A DNA stretch of 63,999 nt, filler included, from Octopus bimaculoides (Eukaryota): the NCBI RefSeq assembly GCF_001194135.2. It is 6 parts of 6 records of this genome, joined end to end, with 100 filler letters (N's around TTAATTAATTAA, not from the genome) between each part and the next. Parts side by side here need not be neighbours in the genome. Positions count along the whole stretch, not along the records: positions 11,705 to 42,714 come from NC_068982.1; positions 42,815 to 57,123 come from NC_068981.1; 4 more parts are not named here. One strand, written 5' to 3'. This document shows, one piece after another, positions 40,267 through 52,214 of the stretch; within the stretch, counting starts at the first letter, position 1; every line of letters starts with the position of its first letter. A program made the translations under genes and the position numbers. The notes below the pieces were generated by a model. The model ran no database searches and was not told where the DNA came from. It saw only the letters and a list, made by a program, of their open reading frames with translations.

Positions 40267-40749
40267 TTTTTCTTTCTTTCTTTCTTTCTTTCTTTCTGGA
40301 TGTATGTATCTGTATGCATATGAGTGCGCGCGTGCGAGCAAGTATGTATGTATCTGTGTCTGTGTCTGTGTGTTCTATTACCGCTAGACAACCACGTTGC
40401 TTTGTTTACGCCTCCTTAACTTAGCGGTACGGCAAAAGGGACCAATAGAATAAGTAACAGACATGAAAATCAAAGTACTGGGATCGATTTGTCCGACGAA
40501 AATCCTTCGAGGCGGTACTCTAGCATGTCTGCAGTCTAATGAGTGGAATAAGTAAAAGATAAAAGATATAATAGAAATATTTCGCCTTCTTCAGAAATCC
40601 AAATGTTTACAACATTTATATCTGCACAACGTTTCGATCGGTTTCATCTCCGGATTACATCAGACGTTTTTTCCAGACCAGAGTAGAAAATAGAGCTTTA
40701 TTTCTAAATTAAGTAGGCCAATATTCATGTACACTAATCGTTTGTTCAA

Positions 40750-40945
40750 GGCGGTGAGCTGGTAGACTCGTTAGCATGCCAGGCAAAATGCTTAGCGGAA
40801 TTTCGTCCGTCTTTACGTTCTGAGTTCAAATTCTTCCGCTAAGGTCGTCTTTGCTTTCCATCCTTTCGGATTCAATAAAATAAGTACCGGTGGAGCATTG
40901 GGGTTGGTGTAATCGACTAGTCATCTGCCGCAAAATTTCAGGCCT
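40750..40945 (+). mobile_element. SINE family A copy
   Basis: GGCGGTGAGCTGGTAGACTCGTTAGC...TTCTGAGTTCAAATTC...CATCCTTTCGG. Confidence 0.8.
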
Positions 40946-42361
40946 TGGGTCTATAGCAGAAAGAATTATTCGTTTATTCATTTATTTTATTCTTTTATTT
41001 GTTTCAGCCATTGGATTTCGGTCATGCTGTTGCACAGTATTGAAGGAATTTACTAGTCCATGGAATCAATAACAATACTTGTTTATACTAAGCTTGGCAC
41101 TTATTTTATCGACCTCTTTCTTTTTACCGATCCGCTGAGTTGCGCAAGCAAACTTATACCAGTTGTCAAACGCTGAGAGACAAAAAAAACACACATACAC
41201 ACTCTATCTCACGCACATACAACCCTTTCCATACATACGACAGGTTTCGTCCTAATTTCTGTCTGCGATATTCACTCACAAATTAATTGGTTGGTTCGGG
41301 GTCATAGTGGATGAGACTTGCCGAATGTGCCGTGCACTGGGACTGAATCTGAACCCCTGTGGTCGCGAAGCAAATTTCGAAATCAAACAGTTATGTTTAA
41401 ATGAGCATTCTTATTCTGTATGTTAATTAGACTTTACCTTAACAAGTTAGCAACAATTGAGACATAGATACTGCGTGTACTATGATCATAATTTAGAGAG
41501 AGGGTTGATTATCTGCAAAAATAAAAAAAAGGAATCGCATTAGACTTGTAGGATATTATGGTAAACTATAAAATAAAAAGAAATGTTGAAATCTATGTAA
41601 TATATTTGTATGTAAATCAAATTTCATCGAGGTCGACTTTAACGGTTGTCCCTTTCGGGGTCTATAACATAAGTGCCAATTGAACACTGGAATCGAAATT
41701 GCTGGCCTTGAGTCAAAATTTGAAACCATGTTAATCAGTTGAAACTGGATTTGTATATGTGAGGCAGTGAAAATAAGAATTAGACTCATTCACATAGTTT
41801 AGTACTATATCACTATGTTTTCTTGTTTGTACTGAATAGGGATTGGAAGAAGGAAGATGTTGGGTAGTTATATGATACACAACTAACAAACGATTTTTAA
41901 GCGTCTTTCTGTTTGATTATTGATCTCTGGTTATAGAAATTCTTGGCTGCAACTATACATGTAGAAACAAATTATATTGCTGCCAACAAGATTTATGTTT
42001 GAGAAGAATCTATATGCATGAGGACTTTAATCAATTCAAAAGATTCAAGGTTATTCTCATTTTTTTTTCTTAATCTATTTATTCATCAGGAGTTGATCTT
42101 TTGCTGGCCTAGAATTAATAATTGCTTAGAAACTAAGTCAAATATGGCAAATGCATTCAGCTCGACGGTCTAACGTTTCTGTTTCTTAATCATCTTTGAT
42201 TATGTTAATTATATTGCCTCAAGAATTAGTTCGTACATACTAAACTATAAATTAGCTTACTATAATCATGATATTTATGCAGTTTGTAAATATGATTAAT
42301 GATGGCAAACAGATATCTCAAACAGATTCTCGCATGGAAAATCATTTTTATTTTCTTTATA

Positions 42362-42575
42362 TTATAGGCGCAAAACCTGAAATTTTGGAGGGAGGGGACT
42401 AGTTAATTGCGTCGACTCTAGTGCTCGACTGGTACTTACTTTATTGATCCCGAAAGGATGAAAGGCAAAGTCGATCTCGGCGGAATTTGAACTCAGAACG
42501 TGAAGAGTCTGAAAAAGACCAACCGCTGCAAAGTGTGTTTTCCAGTGTGATAACGATTCTACCAACTCGCCGCCT
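42362..42575 (-). mobile_element. SINE family A copy
   Basis: CGAAAGGATGAAAGGCAAAGTCGATCTCGGCGGAATTTGAACTCAGAACG...CTCGCCGCC. Confidence 0.85.
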
Positions 42576-42926
42576 TTGCAAGGAAAATCATTTTAAGATT
42601 GAAGAAATAGTGCAAAATAGAAAGAGAGCTGAAAGTATATTATATCTTACTGTTTAATCATTGTTATCATATTTTCTATTGCTCCTGTCAAATTTCTGTT
42701 GGTTTTTCCAAAGCNNNNNNNNNNNNNNNNNNNNNNNNNNNNNNNNNNNNNNNNNNNNTTAATTAATTAANNNNNNNNNNNNNNNNNNNNNNNNNNNNNN
42801 NNNNNNNNNNNNNNATATATATATATATATATTTATATATACATATAGTGGATAGATTCCACTGAAATTAGATAAATAACCTTCGAACAGATAGTCAGCA
42901 GCGCCGCCTGGCTAAGGCTTGGCTGC

Positions 42927-42968
42927 TCTGCATTGACAAGGGGCAACACCCTGAAACTAGTCTGCAGA
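42927..42968 (+). ncRNA. Type I hammerhead ribozyme motif with U3/A8 variant core, at the tip of a long hairpin (42876-43017)
   Basis: TCTGCA-TTGACAA-GGGG(CAACA)CCCT-GAAAC-TA-GTC-TGCAGA: 6-bp stem I, 4-bp stem II, palindromic ACTAGT stem III, GUC triplet. Confidence 0.75.
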
Positions 42969-43195
42969 TGCGAAACCAGCAGGGGGACACTGCTGACTTC
43001 CCCTGTTCGAAGGTTATAAAGGACACAGGTTTTGTGTGTCACATAGCTAGCTAGAGGCGATGGCTTCTTGGAGCTAATACACGGCAGCTTTCGTCCTAAT
43101 TTTGGGACTGCCATGTTGGCTTGGCGATAACTATTAATTTCCAGTACCGCTGCTGTAGTCTCCTTTAGAGAAACTTAGAAATATTAATAATTCTA

Positions 43196-43236
<41 letters not shown>

Positions 43237-43351
43237 ATGTGTGTGTCTGTATACACACGCACACACACACATATATATTATCAATGCTGATATAGGGTAA
43301 AATTAATAATTCATAATTTTTCCAAGTAGTTCGATATGTCAAAAGAAACAT

Positions 43352-43738
43352 AGGCACAGGAGTGGTTATGTGGTAAGTAGCTTGCTTACCAACCACATGG
43401 TTCCGGGTTCAGTCCCACTGTGTGGCATCTTGGGCAAGTGTTTTCTACTATAGCCTCGGGCTGACCAAAGCCTTGTGAGTGGATTTGGTAGATGGAAACT
43501 GAAAGCCCGTCGTATATATGTATATATATATATGTGTGTGTGTGTGTTTGTCCCCCTAGCATTGCTTGACAACCGATGCTGGTGTGCTTATGTCCCCGTC
43601 ACCTAGCAGTTCGGCAAAGGAGACTGATAGAATACATACTAGGCTTACAAAGAATAAGTCCTGGGGTAGATTTGCTCGACTAAAGGTGGTGCTCCAGCAT
43701 GGCCACAGTCAAATGACTAAAACAAGTAAAAGAGTAAC
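43352..43738 (+). mobile_element. SINE family B, full length
   Basis: AGGCACAGGAGTGGTTATGTGGTAAG...CCGGGTTCAGTCCC, core, internal (TA)n(TG)n, tail GGTGCTCCAGCATGGCCACAGTCAAATGAC. Confidence 0.9.
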
Positions 43739-44184
43739 GAGTAAACTTATACAAAAATTTTATAATTATAAGCATAATTATAATTAGGGTTCAGCAAAAT
43801 TGCTTCGCCACATACCGAAATTTAGAAACAGCAGTTAAATACTATTCCACTACCATAATATACCTCCCAGACAGTAATACTCCCAACTCACACAGGCAAA
43901 GAAAAAAAAATAACGAATCCACCCGGCTTTGATTAACTGTATACACATTTCTGGATTAAAGAGATGTAAAATATTTTTTACTCACTTATTTCCATCTTCA
44001 GTATAGTATTTCAATTTTAAATTTGAGAGCACTAGTAATTAAAATATGTATTCGATCAAGCGCCATCGAACAGCTTATATCCAAAAACCAGTACTTCCAA
44101 ACTTATATAAACGAGGAAGGACTCACATTCATCCCCAATCACCCAATTATGCTTATAATTATAAAATTTATATATATATATATG

Positions 44185-44483
44185 GATATGAAGAATAATA
44201 ATAAATGGAGCAAAACGTGTATAATCAATAAGTTCCTTTAATTCCTACATATGTTTCAAAATATATGTGCACTCTACTCCAAAGAAGTAAGAGGTGCTGG
44301 AATTGCACATAAATTCATCGTCAGGGAACCAACATACAAAAGCAAGACATGCGCTAAATGTGCAATTCCAGCACCTCTTACTGCTTTGGAGTAGAGTGCA
44401 CATATATTTTGAAACATATGTAGGAATTAAAGGAACTTATTGATTATACGCGTTTTGCTCAATTTATTATTATTCTTCATATC
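44185..44483. repeat. 126-bp inverted repeat (3 mismatches) with a 47-nt spacer
   Basis: Arms 44185-44310 and 44358-44483 compared base by base. Confidence 0.95.
44240..44330 (-). ncRNA. Type I hammerhead motif with long stem II
   Basis: Minus strand GGTTCC-CTGACGA-[TGAATTTATGTGCA...TGCACATATATTTT]-GAAAC-ATAT-GTA-GGAATT. Palindromic ACATATGT stem III and GUA triplet; the base of stem II is imperfect. Confidence 0.62.
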
Positions 44484-44624
44484 TACTCAAAATACATCAC
44501 TTTAACATGGTATTTCTACCTATTAACTGGGTATGATATCCCAGTTTTTATGTGATTTTTGCTACTCTGGTAACTATTAATATATTTACATTATCGAAGC
44601 TTTTTCAACCAAGANNNNNNNNNN

Positions 44625-44678
<54 letters not shown>

Positions 44679-44689
44679 ACTCTCCCATG

Positions 44690-45320
44690 AACATCTTGAC
44701 TCATTCCTCTCTTTTGTCCAATCAATCCATCCTGCCCTCCACTTCTCCTGCACTATCTCTGACACCTCTTCCCCCTTTCTTGACATTTCGTTCAACATTC
44801 ATCACTCCACTCTTAGCACCTCCATCCACTACAAACACAGACTCACACTCTTATCTTAACTTCTCCTCCTCCCACCCTAAACACACCAAGCTTTCCATCC
44901 CCTATTCCCAATTCCTCCGTCTACGCAGGCTCTGTAGTGACAACCATGACTTTGAGACTCAGTCTCAACTCATGGCTCGCCACTTCAGCCTACGGGGATA
45001 TCCCCTCACCACCATCCACACCGCCCTTGCCAGGGCACGTTCCATGGACTGTGCATCTGCTCTCTCCCCCCGAACTTGCCCTGCTGTCTCCCGCCTCCCT
45101 TTTCTCCTCACCTACCATCCCACTACCCTACTCCTCCAACGCACCATTCTCCGAGCTTTCCGGCACCTCCAGTCCGACCCCTCCACCTCCCACATCTTGC
45201 TAATCAACCCCTCCCTTCCTTCAAACGAGCCCATAACCTATGAGACCTCTTGGTTCACACCTTCTTCCCCAACCCAACTTCCCAACCTGGCTCGTTCTCT
45301 TGCTCCCACCCACGCTGCTG
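44690..45320 (+). mobile_element. PLE fragment (Neptune-like RT thumb/linker), remainder in gap
   Basis: FLDISFNIHH.., TDSHSYLNFSSSHPKHTKLSIPYSQFLRLRRLCSD...RGYP, PFLLTYHP and AFKRAHNL*DLLVHT...FSCSHPRC. The clade assignment is inference. Confidence 0.85.
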
Positions 45321-47403
45321 NNNNNNNNNNNNNNNNNNNNNNNNNNNNNNNNNNNNNNNNNNNNNNNNNNNNNNNNNNNNNNNNNNNNNNNNNNNNNNNN
45401 NNNNNNNNNNNNNNNNNNNNNNNNNNNNNNNNNNNNNNNNNNNNNNNNNNNNNNNNNNNNNNNNNNNNNNNNNNNNNNNNNNNNNNNNNNNNNNNNNNNN
45501 NNNNNNNNNNNNNNNNNNNNNNNNNNNNNNNNNNNNNNNNNNNNNNNNNNNNNNNNNNNNNNNNNNNNNNNNNNNNNNNNNNNNNNNNNNNNNNNNNNNN
45601 NNNNNNNNNNNNNNNNNNNNNNNNNNNNNNNNNNNNNNNNNNNNNNNNNNNNNNNNNNNNNNNNNNNNNNNNNNNNNNNNNNNNNNNNNNNNNNNNNNNN
45701 NNNNNNNNNNNNNNNNNNNNNNNNNNNNNNNNNNNNNNNNNNNNNNNNNNNNNNNNNNNNNNNNNNNNNNNNNNNNNNNNNNNNNNNNNNNNNNNNNNNN
45801 NNNNNNNNNNNNNNNNNNNNNNNNNNNNNNNNNNNNNNNNNNNNNNNNNNNNNNNNNNNNNNNNNNNNNNNNNNNNNNNNNNNNNNNNNNNNNNNNNNNN
45901 NNNNNNNNNNNNNNNNNNNNNNNNNNNNNNNNNNNNNNNNNNNNNNNNNNNNNNNNNNNNNNNNNNNNNNNNNNNNNNNNNNNNNNNNNNNNNNNNNNNN
46001 NNNNNNNNNNNNNNNNNNNNNNNNNNNNNNNNNNNNNNNNNNNNNNNNNNNNNNNNNNNNNNNNNNNNNNNNNNNNNNNNNNNNNNNNNNNNNNNNNNNN
46101 NNNNNNNNNNNNNNNNNNNNNNNNNNNNNNNNNNNNNNNNNNNNNNNNNNNNNNNNNNNNNNNNNNNNNNNNNNNNNNNNNNNNNNNNNNNNNNNNNNNN
46201 NNNNNNNNNNNNNNNNNNNNNNNNNNNNNNNNNNNNNNNNNNNNNNNNNNNNNNNNCTTCTCTCTTGCTCTCTCTCTTCTCTCTTGCTCTCTCTCTTCTC
46301 TCTTGCTCTCTCTCTTCTCTCTTGCTCTCTCTCTTCTCTCTTGCTCTCTCTCTTCTCTCTTGCTCTCTCTCTCTTCTCTCTTGCTCTCTCTCTTCTCTCT
46401 TGCTCTCTCTCTCTTCTCTCTTGATCTCTCTCTTCTCTCTTGCTCTCTCTCTTACTCTCTTCCTATCTTTCTCCTCGCTTTCTCCCTCCTCCTATACCCA
46501 CCTTCCCCCTCTCTTATACCCACCTTCCCCTTCCCCCTTCATCGTCAACCCTCCTTCATAAGCTCATCCCACTCCAACACACTCCTACTCTACCTTCCCA
46601 TCCCATCCCTTACACCCACCCCAACCTCTGCCTACCCACATACCCCTACCTCTACCCCCACCCTCAGCCTAACCCACACTCCACCCATGCTTTCCCCACT
46701 CTCACCTCCCCTGCCTTCGCCTACCCCACCTCCCAACACTCACATCACACCACACTACACCNNNNNNNNNNNNNNNNNNNNNNNNNNNNNNNNNNNNNNN
46801 NNNNNNNNNNNNNNNNNNNNNNNNNNNNNNNNNNNNNNNNNNNNNNNNNNNNNNNNNNNNNNNNNNNNNNNNNNNNNNNNNNNNNNNNNNNNNNNNNNNN
46901 NNNNNNNNNNNNNNNNNNNNNNNNNNNNNNNNNNNNNNNNNNNNNNNNNNNNNNNNNNNNNNNNNNNNNNNNNNNNNNNNNNNNNNNNNNNNNNNNNNNN
47001 NNNNNNNNNNNNNNNNNNNNNNNNNNNNNNNNNNNNNNNNNNNNNNNNNNNNNNNNNNNNNNNNNNNNNNNNNNNNNNNNNNNNNNNNNNNNNNNNNNNN
47101 NNNNNNNNNNNNNNNNNNNNNNNNNNNNNNNNNNNNNNNNNNNNNNNNNNNNNNNNNNNNNNNNNNNNNNNNNNNNNNNNNNNNNNNNNNNNNNNNNNNN
47201 NNNNNNNNNNNNNNNNNNNNNNNNNNNNNNNNNNNNNNNNNNNNNNNNNNNNNNNNNNNNNNNNNNNNNNNNNNNNNNNNNNNNNNNNNNNNNNNNNNNN
47301 NNNNNNNNNNNNNNNNNNNNNNNNNNNNNNNNNNNNNNNNNNNNNNNNNNNNNNNNNNNNNNNNNNNNNNNNNNNNNNNNNNNNNNNNNNNNNNNNNNNN
47401 NNN

Positions 47404-47437
<34 letters not shown>

Positions 47438-47454
47438 TAAATAAATACATATAT

Positions 47455-47690
47455 ATAAAATTGTCTGACAGCCATGACTTGGTCTCCAGCTTGTGTGGCA
47501 AGGTGCAGAGTCCTGTTGCCTGATATATGGTCTTCCAGCAACCACACTCTTCACTCAGGGCAGCACTACCTCCTCTAGGCACTTCTTGTACGCCTCTGTC
47601 TTGAGTCTGAGGCCATGTGGGAAGATGAATGGAGACATAATGTCGCCATCCCTAGTGATCACTCCAAACACCATGATGTTGACAGTCTCC
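47455..47690 (-). mobile_element. DD37D/maT transposase fragment (same family as 53306)
   Basis: VNIMVFGVITRDGDIMSPFIFPHGLRLKTEAYKKCLEEVVLP*VKSVVAGRPYIRQQDSAPCHTS. Confidence 0.85.
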
Positions 47691-48210
47691 TGTCCTGTCT
47701 TTTCTCTTATCAAAGAATCTTCTTCCAGCATTCACTATCTTACCTCGTCTTGGCCTAACGGCCCTCCGTGTTTGTCTTCATTTCAGTTGTTTTGTTGTAT
47801 GTCCTGTTTTTGTTACCAACTTTGACCCTCCATAAAATTCCAAATTTTATTTTGGTTCGTGGGAGCAACTGCTTTCAAAGTCTTATATTGTCATTCATTG
47901 CTTGAAATAAGAAGGTCAGCCAACAACTGATGAAAGGTCATTTTATTATGTTGCTGGTCTTGTTTTCCATTTGTTTCTCTCATTCTTTGTGTACCCAACT
48001 TTATTTTCATATTTCATTTTGTTTATATTTTATGATGTTCTGTACCCATATATGCATACCTATATACATATATATGTATGTATGTACATATATGTATGTA
48101 TATATGCATATATCTATATATTATTTATATTAATATTTGATTGAATGCCACACATCCATTTCAAAGTAAGTTTATCTATATGTATATGTATATATATATA
48201 TGTGTGTGTG

Positions 48211-48263
<53 letters not shown>

Positions 48264-48423
48264 NNNNNNNNNNNNNNNNNNNNNNNNNNNNNNNNNNNNT
48301 ATGTATATGTATATATATATATGTGTGTGTGTATATGTATATATGTATATGCATATTTACTTATGTATATATGTATGTGTATATGTATATTTGTATATTT
48401 ATATATGTATGCATATATGTATC

Positions 48424-48836
48424 TTTTACTCTTTTACCTGTTTCAGTCATTTGACTGAGGCCATGCTGGAGCACCGCCTTTAGTCGAGCAAATCGACCCC
48501 AGAATTTATTCTTTGTAAGCCTAGTACTTATTCTATCGGTTGACATAAAAGCACCAGCATCGGTTGTCAAGCGATGTTGGGGAGACAAACACAGACATAC
48601 AAACACATACATACATACATACATACATGCATACATACATACATACATACATATATATATATGTAAATAAAACGACAGGCTTCTTTCAGTTTCCGCCTAC
48701 CAAATCCACTCACAAGGCTTTGGTCAGCCCGAGGCTATAGTAGAAGACACTTGCCCAAGGTGCCATGCAGTGGAACTGAACCCGGAACCATGTGGTTTGT
48801 AAGCAAGCTACTTACCACACAGCCACTCTTGTGCCT
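48424..48836 (-). mobile_element. SINE family B, full length
   Basis: Reverse complement of the head, core and tail of 43352-43738. Confidence 0.9.
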
Positions 48837-49304
48837 GTATATAAATATTATGTACATATATACGTGTGTGTATATGTATATGTATATACATGTATATGTA
48901 TATTTATGCATTTGAGTTGCAAGACTCCTGATATGAAATTGTGTGTTGAAACAGATATTGTTGCATGTCAGGATGGTCGTTTTTTTTGTTTTTTTTTTTC
49001 AAATAAACACACACATATTATATATTTGTTCTTCACTCATTTATTACCGTTTTTATTCTAACCCATGTCCATTGTCTGCAAATCTTTCGAGAACAGAGTG
49101 AGTGGAGAAAGAGCACACAAAGACGAAAAGTGTTGCTGAAGAGGTCACAGATGTGTAACGAAAGATTTCCTGACAATGGACACGAGTTAGAATAAGACCA
49201 GTAATAAACAAGTGAAGAACAAATATGTAGTGCTTGTTCTTATTTGGTAAAAATAAAAATAAAATGACCATCCCAAAATACAACAATATATATGTATATG
49301 TATG

Positions 49305-50270
49305 CCACTCTCACTAGCTATGCACATGGTACAAAAGTCTCTCGGACAATTCAGAACCCTGGAAATATTGTGTATCTGCAACAGGAGTTGGACGCAATAT
49401 ACATGCACTTTAATGCAGGAACATTGCAAGCCCTGCACTACCAGCACACAAAGCTGAACAACATGCAGACAGGATACACTGACCTGGGAGGAATTGCAAT
49501 CCCTGAATCAAAATCAGCGTGTGACCTGGGCTTTGATATGAGTAGTAAATATGCATCTTTCCAGCTGCATATTACGAATTTGATAATAAAATGCAGACAG
49601 CAAGCAGGATGGATCTTCCGAACTTTCAAAACGAGAAGAACAGAAACTATGATGGTCCTTTGGAGGACATATGTCCTCAGTCGCTTTGACTTCTACTCCC
49701 AACCACACAGTATAAAATTAACAGCGGTTGTCAAAGCAATCCAACAAAGCTGCTCAAAGAATATCATCTCGATGCAACGTAGCTGCTTAGAAATGTTGAA
49801 AGAGTTTAAACTCTTCTCCCTAAAATGAAGGCGGGAAAGATATGCAGTGATATACATCTGGAAAATCCTGGAAGGCCTTGTACCAAACTTTGGCATTGAA
49901 CATTACACAAACAGCAGAACAGAACACCACTGCATAGTACCAAAGATCCCTGCTTCACCATCAAAATGCAGGACCAAGACTGCAACAGCTTTGGTTTCTA
50001 GGACCCTCAGCTCTTCAATATCCTTCCAAAATGCCTGAAAGACCTGCATGGTGTGGATATAGGTGTTTTCAAAATGAAACTGGGCCTCCTCCTGTCAAGG
50101 GTTCCAGGTGAGCCTACCTCATGGCAGGAAACACAGAAACACAACAGCATCAAATTAGCTCATTCACCAAATGCCACATATCAGAGGAAGTTTCAAATAA
50201 TGGTGTAGCACAGCCAGCAGTGATGCCCCGGCATGACCATGGCTTCAAAGCTGAAACAAGTTAGAGTTAA
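49305..50270 (+). mobile_element. CR1-group LINE, RT C-terminus + 3' end, decayed
   Basis: SYAHGTKV (YADDTK-like), LQQELDAIY, GWIFRTFKTR...YVLSRFDF, LKEFKLFSLK*RRERYAVIYIWKIL and PQLFNILP. Confidence 0.8.
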
Positions 50271-50349
50271 AGCGTTATATGTATGTATTGGATAGATAAG
50301 GTAATTTAGATGGTTAGAGTATGTGATAGGGTTATTGAGTTAAGACTTA

Positions 50350-52010
50350 TCATAGATAGATTAACAGTTACATTTTTCTTTGTCCATGCTCCATAGGCTG
50401 GGCTGGCTGATGACTAGAAGGACCAATTTTATGAGGTCCTTCTACAGACTACCTCAATGACAAATGACACAAATTTAGTTATTGTGTCTGGTGACTTTAA
50501 TGGACATGTTGGGCAGCATTTCCCTGAATTCCATAGTGTGCATGGTGGTTATGGCTTTGGCTCCCAGAATGAGGAGGGAGCAAGGCTACTGGAGTTCTGT
50601 GGTGCAAATGATCTTATGATCTGCATCATTAACTTCAGAAAACCAGCCACCCACCTAATCACTTATCAGTCTGGTGGGCACATAAGCAAGATCAATTACT
50701 TCATCACCAGGGAACAATATATATTAATGCTCACAAAAGCAAAGTCTTTCCCAGGTGAAGAGTGTACACCCCAATATAGGCTACGTGTTAGTAACTTCAG
50801 AATTAGACCTAGAGAGACTCAGAGAAATAAACCATACTGGAAAAGAAGATTATGAAAGCTCAAAGACCAGCAAACCAACAAAAAATTAGTGCCATTCTAC
50901 TGAAAGCCCTATGATGATAGAGAGGATGAGGAAGAAGAGACATATATCTTAGAGGACAACTGGATGTTCCTGCAGGACAATTTACTGGGTACCTCTCACT
51001 AGATGTGTGACTGCTGCAAAGTCCCAGCTAGGCTGAGGGTGACATGATGGTGGAACAAGGTGGACAGAACTATAAAAGCGAAGAGAGAGGCCTGGAAAAA
51101 CTGGTTAAATGGTGGAAGCAGAGCATATCGGGGAGCCAGAAAGGAGGCTAGGCAACAGGTTTACATATTAAAAGGAATAGCAGAAGGTAATAAGTTTGCC
51201 AATGTTCTACAGTGTAAGGATAAAAGGAATTGAGATATTCAGGATTGAAAAGCAGTGTATCAGAGAATAGAGATGTGGTGGGTGAGAAATGTGTGCATAT
51301 GGATAGTGGTATGCTTGTGCTTGGTGACTCAGAGAAGACGAATGCGTGGAGATCCCACTATGAAAGGTTACTGAATGCGGAAAATGAATGGAAGTCAGAG
51401 ATTCTTTAAAATACCGAATCAATTGAGGGACCAGCCATAAGAGTTGACAGCAGTATAAGGCAATTAAGGATATGAAGGTTAGGAAAGCCCCTGAACCATC
51501 AGGTATCACTGCCGAGATGATTAAAATATTCAGCAGTGTGCGATACAACCTAGTCACTCACATAGTTAATCAGGTTATTCAGAAAGGTGTCATCCCCAAA
51601 GACTGGTGTAGAAGTATTATAATTAGCTGCTACAAGGGTAAAAGTGATGCCTGAGATAGAAACAACTACAGAGATATCAACCTGCAGGACCAGGTTATGA
51701 AAACTGCAGAGAGAGTTATAGCTCGATTGATTAGGAATATAATTAAACTAGATGAGATACAGTTTGGTTTTGTTCCTTGGGGAAATACCACAGATGCCAT
51801 CTTCCTAGTGAGATAGTTACAAGAAAAGTTTTTTTGCCAAAAGTAAACCATTGTACTTAGCTTTCATCGTCCTGGAGAAAGCTTTCAACAGGGTTCCCTA
51901 CTCTTTTATCTGGTGGCCTCTCAGGAACATAGGATTAGAGAAGTGGCTTGTTAAAGCCGTACAAGCCATGTACACTGAAGTTGTAGATAGAGTCTGGCAC
52001 TTGGTGATCA
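50350..52010 (+). mobile_element. RTE-clade LINE: APE endonuclease + RT N-terminal half, many stops
   Basis: VHAP*AG...GDFNGHVG...GYGFGSQNEEGARLLEFC (APE), then KAPEPSGITAEMIK, DWCRSIIISCYKGK, QFGFVPWGNTTDAIF and LEKAFNRVP (RT). Confidence 0.92.
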
Positions 52011-52214
52011 AATTAGTAACAGTGGTGAAGGGGACCTAGCAACTCTGGTGAGGAGGGTTGCTAGAAACCCAGCAGGATTAAAAACAAGACCTGTTGAAAG
52101 GTCAGATGAATCTAGTGCAGGCTCAACGGCTATCTAGCAATAGCACGGACATGCCAAAATTCCAGTATGTGTCCAGCACCCTAGAAGACCACTGGAAGTG
52201 AGGCACTGGAAGTG

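Noticed and set aside
44552-47582. Long ORFs (669, 757, 394, 334 aa and others)
   Set aside because: Mostly N gaps and CT-rich repeats. Only 44690-45320 is real (PLE).
49125-49180. CTGAAGA...GAAA hammerhead-like spacing
   Set aside because: Stem II is broken, there is no valid NUH with a paired stem III, and stem I is unconvincing.
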